A stretch of DNA of 64,000 nucleotides from the human T2T-CHM13v2.0 reference genome, Homo sapiens, in the NCBI RefSeq assembly GCF_009914755.1, contig NC_060944.1. One strand, 5' to 3'. This document shows positions 45,879-60,589 of this stretch, piece after piece. The translations under genes and the position numbers were made by a program. The first letter of the stretch is position 1. The number at the start of each line of letters is the position of its first letter. The notes beneath the pieces were generated by a model, which saw only the letters and a program-made list of their open reading frames with translations, was not told the DNA's origin and did no database searches.

Positions 45879-46655
45879 TTACACCTGTAAACCTTTACTA
45901 TATCTACCACATGCAAAGCATCACACTAAAAAAGATGACAACATACTGTCTTCCCTGTCAGAAGCTCACAATCAAGTTTAAGTAATATCAAACAGAGGTT
46001 TCACAAAGCAAAAAAACCACATTTAGAACCTTTTGGAAATTCCAAATTCCAGTAACTGTGTAGGGTACATTGTAAGCATTGTGTTGCATGAATGAATATA
46101 TTGATAATTTGTAATACTAAGTTCTCTTAAATCAGAATGGGCTTTTTTATTCTAATATGCAAAATGGAGGATAATAATTAACCATTTAAATAACCAATTA
46201 ACATCCTTCACAAAGATGTTAGGAGGAATAAATGGTATATATGAAGGGTTTTTATAAAGTTTGTTATATAACTGTAAGGATATGATATTGAATATAAATT
46301 CTGAATATAATAACATAAGGTGTCTAAATTTTATACTAAATGCCCAATATGACAATGTAAGTGAAATCTTGAGGCTATCTTTACTACCAGGTTCCTTTCT
46401 CAGGAAACAGCCCCTCAGGCTGCTCAGATAGTATCAAAGAATTAAAACTTACCAGAACTGAAATATCCTATTTATTAGTCAAATTAATTATCTATTGGAC
46501 AAAGATGTTAATCTCAAAACAAAAAGATTGTGTCTGTTAAACTGAAGAAGAGATGGAACTGAACACTCTGGTGAAACTGCTGAGTGCTGAGAGCCAGGTG
46601 ACTTTTTCCTTGTTTTCAGAGCTTTCACTGATGCTCATGGTGGTGATGGCTGTCA

Positions 46656-46991
46656 GGAGACAAACTCATAAAGGGGTCCCCAGAGAAACTCCAACCAACC
46701 TGCACACTGGGAGAATGGGGTGGAGCCTCGGGAAGTTCATGCTGGTTTGCAGCGGGGAGGAGCCTGGCCTCTCCTGTTCGGGGATTAGTAACCTGGGATT
46801 CAATCTGTGAGCCCACTGGCAGGAAGCACACTCTCTCACTTTGCTGAGAGTCCCTGTTTCCCCCTTTTTTTTTCTCTTTTCACCCAATAAACCCTACCCT
46901 TCTCACCCTTCAAAGTGTCTGTGAGCCTAATTTTTCATGGTCATTACAAGGAGCCCATTTTTAGTTGAATTAAGCAGAAAGTCCTATAACA
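46656..46991 (+). repeat. 5' LTR of provirus (MER61-like)
   Basis: Aligns to 52750-53085 at roughly 80-85% by eye. Confidence 0.85.
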
Positions 46992-46995
46992 GCTT

Positions 46996-47013
46996 TGGTG
47001 CCCAACATGGGGT
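46996..47013 (+). other. Retroviral primer-binding site, tRNA-Lys(CUU)-like
   Basis: TGGTGCCCAACATGGGGT vs TGGCGCCCAACGTGGGGC; two of three differences are CpG-decay changes; 4 nt downstream of LTR end. Confidence 0.75.
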
Positions 47014-48319
47014 TCAAGGAAGGGTGAGTGAAATGGCAACTCAAAACCTCTCGCTGTTGCTTCCGAGCCTTCTGGTCCTATGGCATTCCTCTTCTTATTT
47101 TCAGGACAGTAATAGCACCTATCTTTTCTTTTACAATACTGGATATAGGCCACACCCATCCCAATGGCCACAGGCACACTGGGAGGATGGTTAGATGGGG
47201 CAGCTCCCTGCTCGCCCTTTTCTACTAGCTGAGGTGCACGGACGTATCTGCTGCATGTGTGTGTGGTGTCCAGTGGCCAAGGGGCCCCATGCAGCTGGCT
47301 GGCCTTCCCTACCATGCACCCATGTAGTCTCCACTCCCCAACCAGGAAGTCCAACTTTGTCCCACTGCGATGCTTCTCTCTGGTGGAGGAACTATTTGCA
47401 TAAAAATAAGAAGCTCTTCCCCACTGGCATCCTTTTTCTTCTCTACCCTATCAGCAGTTAACTTTTAATTACTTTTTTTTTTCCTTTTGGAAAACATTTT
47501 ACTGTTTTCCCAACTATCACTGTTTATATTTTCTGTAGAGTTTTAATTGTGACAGAGGATTTGTGAGGCTAGTTTTAAGCTGTAGCCCATCTGGTGTACT
47601 TTGCATGTCTTTCCACAGCAAACTTTGCAGCAGGCCTCCATCTTGTTTTATATCCTGGGGGTATGGCCTGTAACCCCACGGCAAAGCTTTGTTTAGCAAT
47701 CCTGCCTTAGGGAATGAGTCCTTTCTGGTTTGACATCTGCATGTTTTCCTAGCCCTGTCTCTTACAGGGCTCCACCTGGTGGCTGAGTTTTCTTCTGCCT
47801 GTCTTTGTAGCTCTGTATGTGTTGTGTATGTGATGTCTGTAAAAAGACCTCTAGTTAATTTGGCCTAAAGGAAGACAAGCACTTGGATCAAATATTTTTT
47901 AAAGAGAAGATAAAAGCTGTGGTAACTTTCAGTTCATGTGACTTTAATCTTTGAGAAATAAAAACAGCCTTAAAGATTATTGGTAAAAAGCAAATGTCAT
48001 CAAAATATAAATATTTTGGACTAAATGATGCAGGTCACAGGCAAGGCTTGTTAAATGTTTTACGGTTATAAACTGCCTTTTGGGTTTTGAGAACTATTTG
48101 ACTTGTCTGCTCCACAACTGGTAAGGCCTGGGGACATATGGAACTAACCATGCCCTTAATTAATGCTAGAAGGAATCAAACCTTGGTTGCACCTAGCACA
48201 CAATTAAAACAACTTACCAGGTTTTATGTTAAAGTTAAAAATTGCTAAAAGTTACCATTATGACATGTAATTGAAACTACTGGAAATAGATTTACATGTG
48301 AGGTGTGTAAGAAAAATAA

Positions 48320-48931
<612 letters not shown>

Positions 48932-50551
48932 TAATAAAAGGTTATAAAAAGGCATGAAAATGTAAATTCTTGCCTAGGGTTAAAGAATTGTTTCAAATTA
49001 GATAGGATAAAGCTGAAGGTTCAAACAAATGGTGGAAGGATTGTGGAAATTCATCTTGCGGAAGAAGTTCTAGGTGTGAACATATTGACTAGGTTCAAGG
49101 GGGGTATTGTGTGGTTTTTCTCTGGGCTGAGCATTGGAATAAAAGCACAACAGGACACTGTTGGGGCACTGATATGCTCTTTGGCAAAATTTGTAAAGGG
49201 TTATAAAAGTTTTTTGCTTCTTTAAAATTTCTGACTCATCATTTTGGCAAAATAAATAACTTATGTCAACCTGGAATTCTATTTCATAACATCAAGTGTT
49301 TTAAACTGCTAACATATTTAACAGGCTTCCCAAAATCAAACTTCAGTTTCAAAATTGTCTTTCCTGACACCTAGCTTTTGGATACTTCAGAGGGCCCCTG
49401 GAGTGCCCAGAAAAGAGAGGTAAACAGGATGATTTGACTTGTTTAGTGACATGGGATTGCCAAACTGATGTTCAATCTTCTTTAGATTATATGTTCATGA
49501 ATAATGCTAATACATGTTCCAAAATTGTATGGGATTGCTAAAATTTTAATGTCTGAGTATATGCTATCAATGATAATTAAGGTTGTTATGCTAAGTTATT
49601 GTAAACCATGGAGATAACCAAACTTCTTTGTCAATTGTGTTTCTAACTGTAACTACCCTAGACATTTTGTTATTCACAGACAATTGTCTTGTCTTAATCC
49701 TTTTCAAAATATGATTTATAATAAGCTATATAATTTTGGCAGGAACTCTCAAATACAGGCTTCTAATAACTTTGGATATTTTAACATTGGAATAAAGAAA
49801 AATGTACAGGACTCATGAAGAGCTGAATGTTCATGAATATGATGTGAATCAAGAACTAAATGGGCTAAACTCAGAGAGCTGAAGCAATCTTTTTGACTTT
49901 TGCTTGGAATATTGCCAATCCTTTTGTTTTTCAGAGTCAAGGAAACTTATTTTGCACTATTTATGGCCCTTAATAATTGAGTAAGGTATACTCCTGTGAA
50001 CAAAATTTGGAGCATGTTTGGTCTCTCTGCCAGGTTCCTCTAGAATTCGGAAATTATCTGTGAGTATTTTTAACTTATGGCAATATAGTTATTTGCATCA
50101 GAGCAATGAGAATCCATTTTTCTTTTGCGGCAGGACGCAATTGCAGAAACTGGTTGTTTCACCAAGGCTTTGACTGAAAGGATATGATTCCCTTTAAGGA
50201 GCCAAGCTCGATTGCAGAGCTGATAAAAGCCCCCTGGAGAAAAAAACTGATCTCATACCCTCATTTATGCAGTCCCTGTACAGGGTTCCTGACCTGTGGT
50301 CAGTAAAGAATGTCACTTTCTAACAGGCCCAGGAGTCCCAAGTTTATCTTGGGACCTTAAGAGGATAGGATCACACAACTCACAGGTATTTGAGGGTGGT
50401 TGGGCTCAGGATGGTTGGGCTTAGAGTTAAAAGGTCTTATCCAAGATTCCTTGTGGAACAGAGTTCCATCAAATCCAGTCTAAAAGGCCTATATAGAAAT
50501 AGTTATTCTTGCTGCACTTTATGCAAATAATCAGGCCAAGGATAAGACTAA

Positions 50552-50861
<310 letters not shown>

Positions 50862-51979
50862 CTAGCCTATGTAGAAATAGTGATTCTTGCTGTACTTTAT
50901 GCAAATAATCTGTTTTGCAAACAACTCAGTCCTATCATGATTGTTTTTTAACAAAAATGAGGACTGGAGAGAGAAATTATATTTCAAAACTCATCATACA
51001 TTTGTCATTAAATTCTAAACTCATTAGTTGTTTTTTTTGTTTATATTTTTAGACTACCCCTGCTTGTTCCTGTGAACCAACCAATCAATCAACCAACCAA
51101 GCAATCTCCAGCTGCAGCTCAGAAAGAACAAAAGGGATGGGTAATGTAAAAATCTGGATCAATATTCTAGTTCTGAGCAATTATCCTGCAAATCCTGCCA
51201 GGTGATGGAAATAAACAGGATGCTCATCACGCAGAGGTTTCCTTTCTGGGAAAGGAAGACCAAGGGAGCTAACCAAAGCCAAGCACCATGCACCCAAATC
51301 TTAGCAAGCATAACTATAGCCACCAGTTATTTGGGCATGTCACAAGACATGCTTTTCTCTCCCTTGTTGGAGGAGGATTCAATTCCACACCTTCACCTCA
51401 GCATTTGGCTTCTGATAAGGAGTCCATGTACCCCTACCAAGACACATTTTTTCCCAAACTCAATTCCAAGCTTCAGGTCAAAGCCCTAGGAAAGAAAACT
51501 GGATCTAAGGAATCCAGAGGCAGACAACAACAGAGGTTAAAAGACAGTGCAGGTAAGCAGGGCTAATTCCTGCCAATAAAGCCAAGCCTCCCATTTCATG
51601 GATAAGGGTCATGCTAGTATCCATGGCATAAATGAGGTCTAGGGAACTCCAAGGCTACTGATAGTAGGTGGGATAGAGACATAGGTGAGAGCAGCTAATT
51701 CCTATTATCTAGGCCCTCCCTGCTTCATGGGTGCAAGCTACTTTGGCACCTATGGATGGCACCTGCTAAGTTCACTGGGACTTGATGATTCAAGGACAGA
51801 AGAGGGAAAGAGGACACTCTTCCTTCTCTCCTTCACATACCCCAGGTATTGCTAGGAAGAGAAGGGAACCAGGGATGCCTGCTCCCGTCTTTCTAGATGG
51901 GTAGCCATTCATCTTCAATCTATACCCCTTTTGAATGCATCCTGAACCCCTGGGACTCCTTTTTTAAAAAAGCCTCCTT

Positions 51980-52200
51980 GGCTGGGCGCGGTGCCTGACG
52001 CCTGTAATCCCAGCACTTTGGGAGGCCAAGGCGGGCAGATCACGAGGTCAAAAGATCAAGACCATCCTGGCCAACATAGTGAGACCCCATCTCTATTAAA
52101 CATATAAAAATTAGCTGGGTGTGGTGGCGTGTGCCTGTAGTCCCAACTACTCTGGAAGCTGAGGCGGGAGAATCGCTTAAACCTGGGAGGCTTGCAGTGA
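51980..52200 (+). mobile_element. 3'-truncated, tail-less Alu inside provirus
   Basis: Ends at cttgcagtga; flanked by aaagcctcctt / aaagccttctt. Confidence 0.9.
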
Positions 52201-52749
52201 AAGCCTTCTTTTTTCCTCCTCTTTCCTCTCTTCACTGATAGGTAATTTTGTCTCTGTACTCAGGACACTCCTGTCAGATGCATCCTCCAAACTGGGAAAA
52301 GTTAATTTCCCAAACCTTAGACTGGTTGGCTTAGGATTGGGCTCAGGGGAAGGGAACCCAGAAGCTTGATATGCTGGCAAAAGGGTAAAAGTTTTTTTTA
52401 CAGTCGGGCTTTTGGCCTCCCTCTCCCTGTGCAAACTGGTAAAAGGCCTTGGGATTTTTGATGTGTCCTTACCCATCCCTTTTTTCTCGTTTTGATACGT
52501 GTTTTCTAATAACCTGGTTTGTCTCTTCTCACCTTCAGGCTATCAAACTCCAAATGGTCATGCAACTGGAGCTTTGGAGGATGGCCCTTTCTGCCGGGTA
52601 CCCTTAGCTAGCTAGACCTCTGAGGGAGCTCCACTGCCATTCCCCCAGAACAGCGCCCCCTGTCAGCAGGAAGCAGTTAAGATCGGTCTTCGTCCTTATC
52701 CTTATCCTTATTTTAACAGCAGTTAGATGTACTTCTGCAGAGGGGGGAA

Positions 52750-53085
52750 TGAGACAGCCAGGTGTAAAAGGGTCCCTGGAGAAACTCCAACTGGGCTGCA
52801 TACTGGGTGAATGAGGTGAATCCTTGGGAAGTTCCTGCCATTTGCAGGGAGGAAGAGTCTGGATTCTCCTATTCCGGGGTTGGTAACCTGGATTTAATTT
52901 GTGAGCCCACTGGCAGGAAGTACACTCTCTCGCTTTGCTGAAAGTCCCTGTTTCCCCACCTTTTTTCCTTTTCACCCAATAAACCCTGCCCTTCTCGCCC
53001 TTCAAAGTGTCTGCAAGCCTAATTTTTCATGGTCGTGTGACAAGGACCCTGTTTTTAGCTGAACTAAGGAGAAAGTCCTACAACA
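52750..53085 (+). repeat. 3' LTR of provirus (MER61-like)
   Basis: tgagacagcc...gtcctacaaca, preceded by polypurine tract agaggggggaa (52739-52749). Confidence 0.88.
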
Positions 53086-54289
53086 AAAATGGTCCCTCAG
53101 CCATATACTTGAGTTGCTCCCTTAGGGGGCCTCAGTTACTTCCCGATGGTACATTACATACCTGGGGGTTTATTACCTCTGTAATCAGGATCATTCTTTA
53201 ATGTGGAAGGAAATAGCACACAGAACTCCTGAAAAAATTAGATCCTTAACACAAGACAAATTATCTTTAAACATTTTTTTCATGTGTGTATGTGTGTTTT
53301 CAAAAAGTTTTTGTCGGGGAATGGAGGAGTAGATGACTTTTTTTTTTGGAAGTTGTAGAGTCGTAAAGCCAGAAAGAGAGAAAAACTATGGAAAGAGCAG
53401 CTCCACTTAGGTGAGTGTGTTTTTAAAATTATAATGTAAATGGTAATTATTATGGAAGATAACCAGAATTTGCCAAGCCTACATTGGGGGTAGAGATGGA
53501 GAGAGGGTGCTTTCAGCCAAATAGTATCCTGCTCATTGCCAAGGAGTCATGTAACACTATGGTAAGTTCAGTGAGCTGAGGATACTCTATTCTGGTTGTA
53601 GGATAGCATGCATATATGGGCACTTTGCAGTAGAGGTGTTTGCAGACTTTGGGCTTTTCACTTCTGCCATCTGTGCTTGGGCCAATGGAATTGAGTGAGA
53701 TATACAATCTACAAACAGGCTACCCTGGAACATTTACCCCAATCTTTGACACAAAGGTAGTGTTTTGTTTTGTATTGTGTTTTGTTTTGTTTTACTTTCT
53801 AATATTCTGAAATATCTTAGAATAGTTCTTAGTTTTCTTTTGTCCCAGGCTTTACAAGGTTGGAAGGGGCCTATTCCCATCTTTACTCTGGAGGTCTCAT
53901 CTTCTAATGCTGGGCATTGGGTAGATGCTTATGGGTCTGGGCAGCATCCTTGTTCTCAAGCAGTAAGAGGATTCCAAAGGCCATTTTAGGTGTTATTCAG
54001 CAGGCACTGACTTGCAAGATGCCAAGAGCCCACAAGAGAAAGCAAGATGACCTGAAGAAATGGATGTTCCTTCATTCTCCACTTGCCTGAAGACAAACTG
54101 AGATTTAGGTGAAGCTCACATCTATTTCTGCTAATAACAATCCCACTGCTAATTATGGGATGTGGTAGTTATAGTGATAAGAGAGGAGCTATATTCAGAG
54201 GGGTTTAGAAAAGGTTGCAATGTACAGAGGGGTTTTTAATTTGTATTAATATTTCTCAGTTTACTTCCTCTATTTAGATTTAAGATTTA

Positions 54290-54890
54290 CTCATTAATTC
54301 AATAAACATTTATTGAGTGTCTGCTATGTACCAGGCACTGTTCTATTGGCTGGGGATAACAGCAATGAACACCACAAACAAAACCCTTGCTCTCATGGAG
54401 TTTGTACTTTAGTGGAGGGAGAGTGACAACAAATATAATAAAATACTGTATGTTGCATGGTGATAATTTTGAGAAGAAAAATACAGCAGGGAAGGGGTAT
54501 AGAAGAAGGTGTTTGACAGGATTTGCAATTTTAGAGAGTGATTGTAAATTTAGAGAAGGTCCAGGGAAGAACCTTCTGAAAAGATGAAGGTGAAGGAAGG
54601 GAGCCCTATGGACATCTGGGTGCAAAGGTATTCCAAGCAGAGAGAACACGAAAGGGGGGCACATGCCTGGGGTTTTTGAGGAACAGCATGGAGTCCAGTG
54701 TATATGCAATAACATCAAGAAGACAGTAGTAGGAGCTGATATCAGAGAAAAAAAACCACGAGGGCAAGACCATAGAGCCTAATAAGCAAGCCATTGTAAT
54801 GCTTTGGTTTCATTCAGTGTGAGATGGAAATTCACTTCTTTACTTGACATATTTACAGGAGTAAATCATTGCTGGGTTGAGAATAAACTG
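54290..54890 (-). mobile_element. L2 3' end fragment
   Basis: ttcaataaacatttattgagtgtctgctatgtaccaggcactgttct. Confidence 0.75.
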
Positions 54891-55007
54891 AAAATTTGAA
54901 TCCCCTACTTCCAAAATGTGCAAAGACATCATAAGATTGATAACGTTTAATAAGCATCTGTGACTTTATAAGCCAGGTGGGTCTCTGCTCTTTGTGTCTT
55001 AATATTT

Positions 55008-55080
55008 TGCAAAAGTAATTGCAGTTTTTACCATTGACAGTAATGGCAAAAACCACAATTACTTTTGCACCAATCTAATA
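55008..55080. mobile_element. MADE1 MITE (Hsmar1-derived palindrome)
   Basis: tgcaaaagtaattgcagttttt-accattgacagtaatgg-caaaaaccacaattacttttgcaccaatctaata: two inverted Hsmar1 TIRs with a short spacer. Confidence 0.92.
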
Positions 55081-55306
55081 TTTAGGACCTCAGACAGTCC
55101 ACAACTTAGAAGACTCAGGCCTGAAGACAGTCTTATCCTCTCACGGTTGACTAAGCAAATGTTTGTTGAATGAATGAAAGAATAATATTGATTGAGAATT
55201 AAAAAAAAAAGAGACAATAGTTAATAATTCTGAGTATCCTGAAAAAACTAGTGCCTATAGCCTAAATTTTCTATTAAAAAATGTAAAGATTTAGCAAAAT
55301 ATTTAC

Positions 55307-55362
55307 CTGTGTGGTGACATTTCTTTCCTTTTGTCTTTTATTATGTTCCTCTGCTTTGATAG
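55307..55362 (-). CDS. SEL1L2: SEL1L2 coding exon 2 (56 bp, phase 1 to 0): (T)IKAEEHNKRQKERNVTTQ
   Basis: Minus strand cag|CTATCAAAGCA...ACCACACAG|gtaaat; peptide matches my recollection of the SEL1L2 N-terminus and joins exon 3 in frame. Confidence 0.9.
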
Positions 55363-56338
55363 CTGCAATACACAAAATTTTTTTATAAAATTTAAAAGCA
55401 TTTTCTTTTTAAAATTTCACTAAATACAATTTATTGTTAAAAAAACTTCTAGAAAACTTTTAGAACTCTAAGAATAATTGTTGACAATAATTTATAATTT
55501 AGAGTTCCTAATAATGTGTTAAAAATAATTCCTTCACTGATAATTTGTAAAGCTAGAACTTGACACCAGAGACAATCTATATACTTTAATCAAGCATTCT
55601 GAAATTGAGTTAATAACATGAAAGAGTTCTATAAATCATAGAGCTAATTACAATAGTGGAAAACTTTCTGAGCTAGAAATGTATTTAATTAAATGTATCT
55701 ATATAAATAAGTGCCATCTATTAATAGAAGCTATTAAAACATAGAAGAGGAAATATAACATTTTATATTTTTATAGACTCATCCATATGTCAGAGAGATA
55801 CTGAAAATTAATTGAATGATACAAACATCTGAGAAATGTAGACTGATAATTATACCAGGCTTTGAAATTTGAGAAAATAACTTTCAATGAATTTTTAATG
55901 AACCAATTTTAATACTTTTTTTTATAAAGACTATATATATATCATATAGAATACATGCATAATCATTGGCATATTTATTTTTGCACAGTGCTTGAAATTT
56001 CTTCACTTTCTTAGAGAAACAAGTCGGAAAACGTGAGATGACAGGATAACACATCATGATGTTTCAACTTTACTACATTACTAAGATTGACAAATTTTCA
56101 ATTGCTGTAAACAAACAAATCTGATGCATTGTAAAAATGATCATATGTTTTGGGAAGTAAAAAAAATGCAAATATGTGATACATTCACATTTCACAGGCT
56201 GAAGAATTTGACCACAAACCAATATGAAATAGTCAAAATTTTGTATTTCCAAAAAGTCAAAAGCTTTTAAGAACAGGTCATAAATTTTCTAATGTTATTT
56301 CTGACATAGTATTTATTAATTAATTAATTTATTTCTAC

Positions 56339-56675
<337 letters not shown>

Positions 56676-56825
56676 TGAACTTTAGTACTTGGCAGCAGCC
56701 TCACAATTATACATCTGTTGTGTTTACTTTGTAATCTAGACCTTATAGGAACTGGTCCCAGATTGATTCATATTTAGTCCTCTGTCAAATTAGAGAAATA
56801 ACTGGCAAATTCTAAATAAAAATTA

Positions 56826-57120
56826 GGCTGGGTATGGCAGCTCACACCTGTAAACCCAACACTTTGGAAGGACAAGGTGGCCGGCTCCCTTGAGCCCAGG
56901 AGTTTTGAGACGAGCCTGGGCAACATAGTGAGACCCTGTCTCTACAAAAAATGCAAAAATTAGCCAGCTATGGTGGCATGCGCCTGAAATCCAAGCTACT
57001 TAGGAGGCTTAGGTGGGAGGATCATTGAGCCCGGGAAATCAAGGCTGCAGTGAGCAGAAATTGCACCACTGTACTCAAGCCTGGGTGACAGAGCGAGACC
57101 CTGTCTTAAATAAATAAATA
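56826..57120 (+). mobile_element. Alu (J-type)
   Basis: Alu consensus. Confidence 0.92.
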
Positions 57121-57720
57121 TTCAAAAACTGCCTGGTAAGCAAGGCATTACTAAGGCATACCAAATTCTTTTAAAGACGATACATATCTGATACTATTAT
57201 ATACATTAGGATTGTTCCTTAGGTTCAAGATATGAATAAGTTTTATTAAATATTATTATAAATAAAGCTTTATCCCAAGTTTGTCAAGTGATTATATTGG
57301 GACCATGAATACTCAACGTCAGAGGCAATGTAGCCTCATGGTCTACCATCTGGCTTTAAGTCAAACAGGCCTACATTCTAGTCTTGATTTTGTAACTATT
57401 TCATTAATTGGTATGATAATTAAATGAGATCGTTTATATATTTAGCACAGTACTTAATACACAGTTTTTAATAAGTGTTAGGTATATAAAATTATTATTA
57501 TTATATGGAACCTACTTCTTTAAAGGATTTAAGATGCCTTGAGGATATTACATGTGAGTGCAAAAGTACTTGCAGTTTTTGCATTGTTGGAATTTGCCGT
57601 TTGATATTGGAATACGCTACTTAAATAAATGTGGTTATGTTACACATCATTTTAATGGGCATTTCTCACCTCATGTTTTTTGCTTATTACTTGCTGTTTA
57701 TTTTATGTTTATTTTAGACT

Positions 57721-59036
57721 ATGGAATGATGTTAGACAAAAAGCAAACTTGAGCGATTTTCTTATTTGAGTTCAAAATGGGTCGTAAAGCAGCAAAGACA
57801 ACCTGCCACATCAACAACACATTTGGCCCAGGAACTGCTAACGAACGCACAGTGCAGTGGTGGTTCAAGAAGTTCTGCATAGGAGGTCTGGGCGCGGTGG
57901 CTCACGCCTGTAATCCCAGCACTTTGGGAGGCCGAGGTGGTCAGATCACGAGGTCAGGAGATCGAGACCATCCTGGCTAACACACTGAAAGCCCATCTCT
58001 ACTAAAAATACAAAAAAAAAAAAAGTTAGCCGGGTGTGGTGGCAGGCGCCTGTAGTCCCAGCTACTTGGGAGCTACCCAGGAGGCAGAGCTTGCAGTGAG
58101 CTGAGATCGACCCACTGCACTCCAGCCTGGGCGACAGAGCGAGACTCTGTCTCAAAAAAAAAAAAAAAAAGTTTTGCAAAGAAGACAAGAGCCTTGAAGA
58201 TGAGGAGCATAGTGGGCAGCCATCGGAAATTGACAACGACCAGTTGAGAGCAGTCATTAAAGCTGATCCTGTTAAAACTACATGGGAAGTTGCCAAAGAA
58301 CTTAACGTCGACCATTCTATGGTTGTTCGGCATTTGAAGCAAATTGGAAAGATGAAAAAGCTTGATAAGTGGGTGCCTCATGAGCTGAACGAAGATTTGA
58401 AAAATCATCATTTTAATGTGTCCTCTTTTCTTAACAACGAACATTTCTCGATTGGATTGTGATGGGCAACGAAAAGTGGATTTTATATGACAACCAGTGA
58501 TGACCAGCTCAGTGGTTGGACCAGGAAGAAGCTCCAAAGCACTTCCCAAAGCCAAACTTGCACCCAAAAATGGTCATGGTCACTGTTTGGTGGTCTGCTG
58601 CCGGTCTCATCCACTACAGCTTTCTGAATCCCAGTGAAACCATGACATCTGAGAAGTATGCTCAGCAAATTGAAGAGATGCACCGAAAACTGCAACGCCT
58701 GAGCCAGCATTGGTCAACAGAAAGGGCCCAATTCTTCTCCAGGACAAGGCCTGACCGCTCGTCGTACAACCAAAGCTTCAAAAGTCAAACGAATTAGGCT
58801 TTGAAGTTTTGCCTCATCCGCCATATTCACCTGACCTGTCGCCAACCGACTACCACTTCTTCAAACATCTTGACAACTTTTTGCAGGGAAAATGCCTCTA
58901 CAACCAGCAAGATTCAGAAAATGCTTTCCAAGAGTTTGTCGAATCCTGAAGCATGGATTTTTACACTATGGGAATAAACAAACTTATTTCTCCTTGGCAA
59001 AAATGTGTTGATTGCAATGGTTCTTATTTTGATTAA
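57721..59036 (+). pseudogene. Hsmar1 transposase pseudogene (frameshifts, stops, Alu insertion)
   Basis: Fragments [22 protein letters not shown] (~58370), PKHFPKPNLHPK, YSPDLSPTDY (~58824); 1-bp deletion just after the ATG; first catalytic D reads as N (GNEKW). Confidence 0.92.
57886..58170 (+). mobile_element. AluY-like inserted in the Hsmar1 transposase
   Basis: Splits WFKKFC|[10 protein letters not shown]; diverged TSD aagttctgcatagga / aagttttgcaaagaa. Confidence 0.93.
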
Positions 59037-60589
59037 CAAAGATGTGTTTGAGCCTAGTTATAATTATTTTAAATTCACAGCCCAAAACCACAATTACTTT
59101 TGCACCAACCTAATGCATTAGTAGTTTAAAAGGGACTATGGCAAGTAAAGCATAATTAGAGAATTCATGTTACTAGCACTTATTAATGCTTTGCCTGTAA
59201 TGTGACATCTCTCAATTATAGTATCTTTCAAAGAAAATTCCTTAGCCTAATTATATTTGTGTATTAGAAATCAGACATTGTGACTGATATTATAGTCACA
59301 TAAAATGTCTAGCAGTTTTTAAACTCCATTATCACAACTAGAAAAAGTAAACTAGAAAAAGCAATGTGATTTGGTAGATTCCCATTATTATATTCCCCAA
59401 AGTACACAGAATAAAATTAGAGTTAGTATGTACAGAACGTACAGACACAGAAGTACAAACTGTCATGTGTATTTGAGTGAGAGGAGAAAATTATAGATAT
59501 TAAATGGAGTGAAGTTTATATTATACACTGGTCCAGAAAATCAAACTGTCAGTGGTCAAAGAGTAACATGAAAATTACAGGGCTAAAAGCAGTCATCGAA
59601 AGTAGGATAAGTGTAGATAAAAGAATTAGGGAAATGGAAGGAAGCATAAGCATATAACTGAAGGAATTAACTATTCAGTAGCTTAAAACATAACATGAAG
59701 ACAACAGCAATTGTTCATTATTTCCAGCAGAAGATGTGCAAGCCAAAACACTTTTGAAACTTACGACAAGGGTGTTTATTTTCTAAATTTCAGGCTTTTA
59801 GATTTTTTACCTAAAGAAAAAGAAGCTTCCATTGGCTACTAGGGAAAACATTCTGTTACAAATAATGTGTCCCATAATACTTTAGAGTAGCTTGTTTCGT
59901 ACCACTTGAGAAACATTGGTGATTGCTAGAGATCTGCACCACTGTTTTATCACTTCCCCTACAGGATGCTGAAATTCCCACAAATTCAAGCACTCCCTGT
60001 AAAAAACCACAATCTACCGGGTACAGGAAGAAAATATTAGATCTACTTGCCTGAGGCTTTAAAAAATCTCCTTCATTATCTCTATTTTAGGGATATGTTT
60101 CATAATGCACATAATAGATCAGTAGTTCATTATCATCATGAATAAATAAATATATATAATAGCGTACACCATCAAAAATGTCTGATGTAGAGTTAGCCTT
60201 GGAAGGGGACTAAAGTTTCATTCAGCTCTAGAATTATAGCTCTAACTGTAATTTATTATATGCTAGATTCTTTAGATACTTTATCTTCAATCTCCATAAC
60301 AACCCACCAAAATAGCAAGCACAGAATATCTGTGTTCTCACCAAGTGAGAATAAGTCAGTTGTCCAAGGTCACAGGGCAGAGTGGGATTCAAATGCAGGT
60401 CTGACTCCAGAGCTCTTCTTTCTACACCATTGCCACTTCAAACCTTACCAAAGGATTCACAATAGGTTGATTTTAAGTGGCAAATTTCTGTAATGACATC
60501 AACTCCATTTTTTTAAAAAACAAAAATCTGATTTATGCAGAACATTTTATGGGACATATCAATTTACATAACATGAAACACACCATCCT

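Larger units (their letters stand above)
57558..59113 (+). mobile_element. Hsmar1 mariner DNA transposon, near full length, inactive, interrupted by an Alu
   Basis: Left TIR gtgcaaaagtacttgcagttttt (5'-clipped), right TIR aaaaccacaattacttttgcaccaacctaa; transposase fragments between. Confidence 0.95.
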
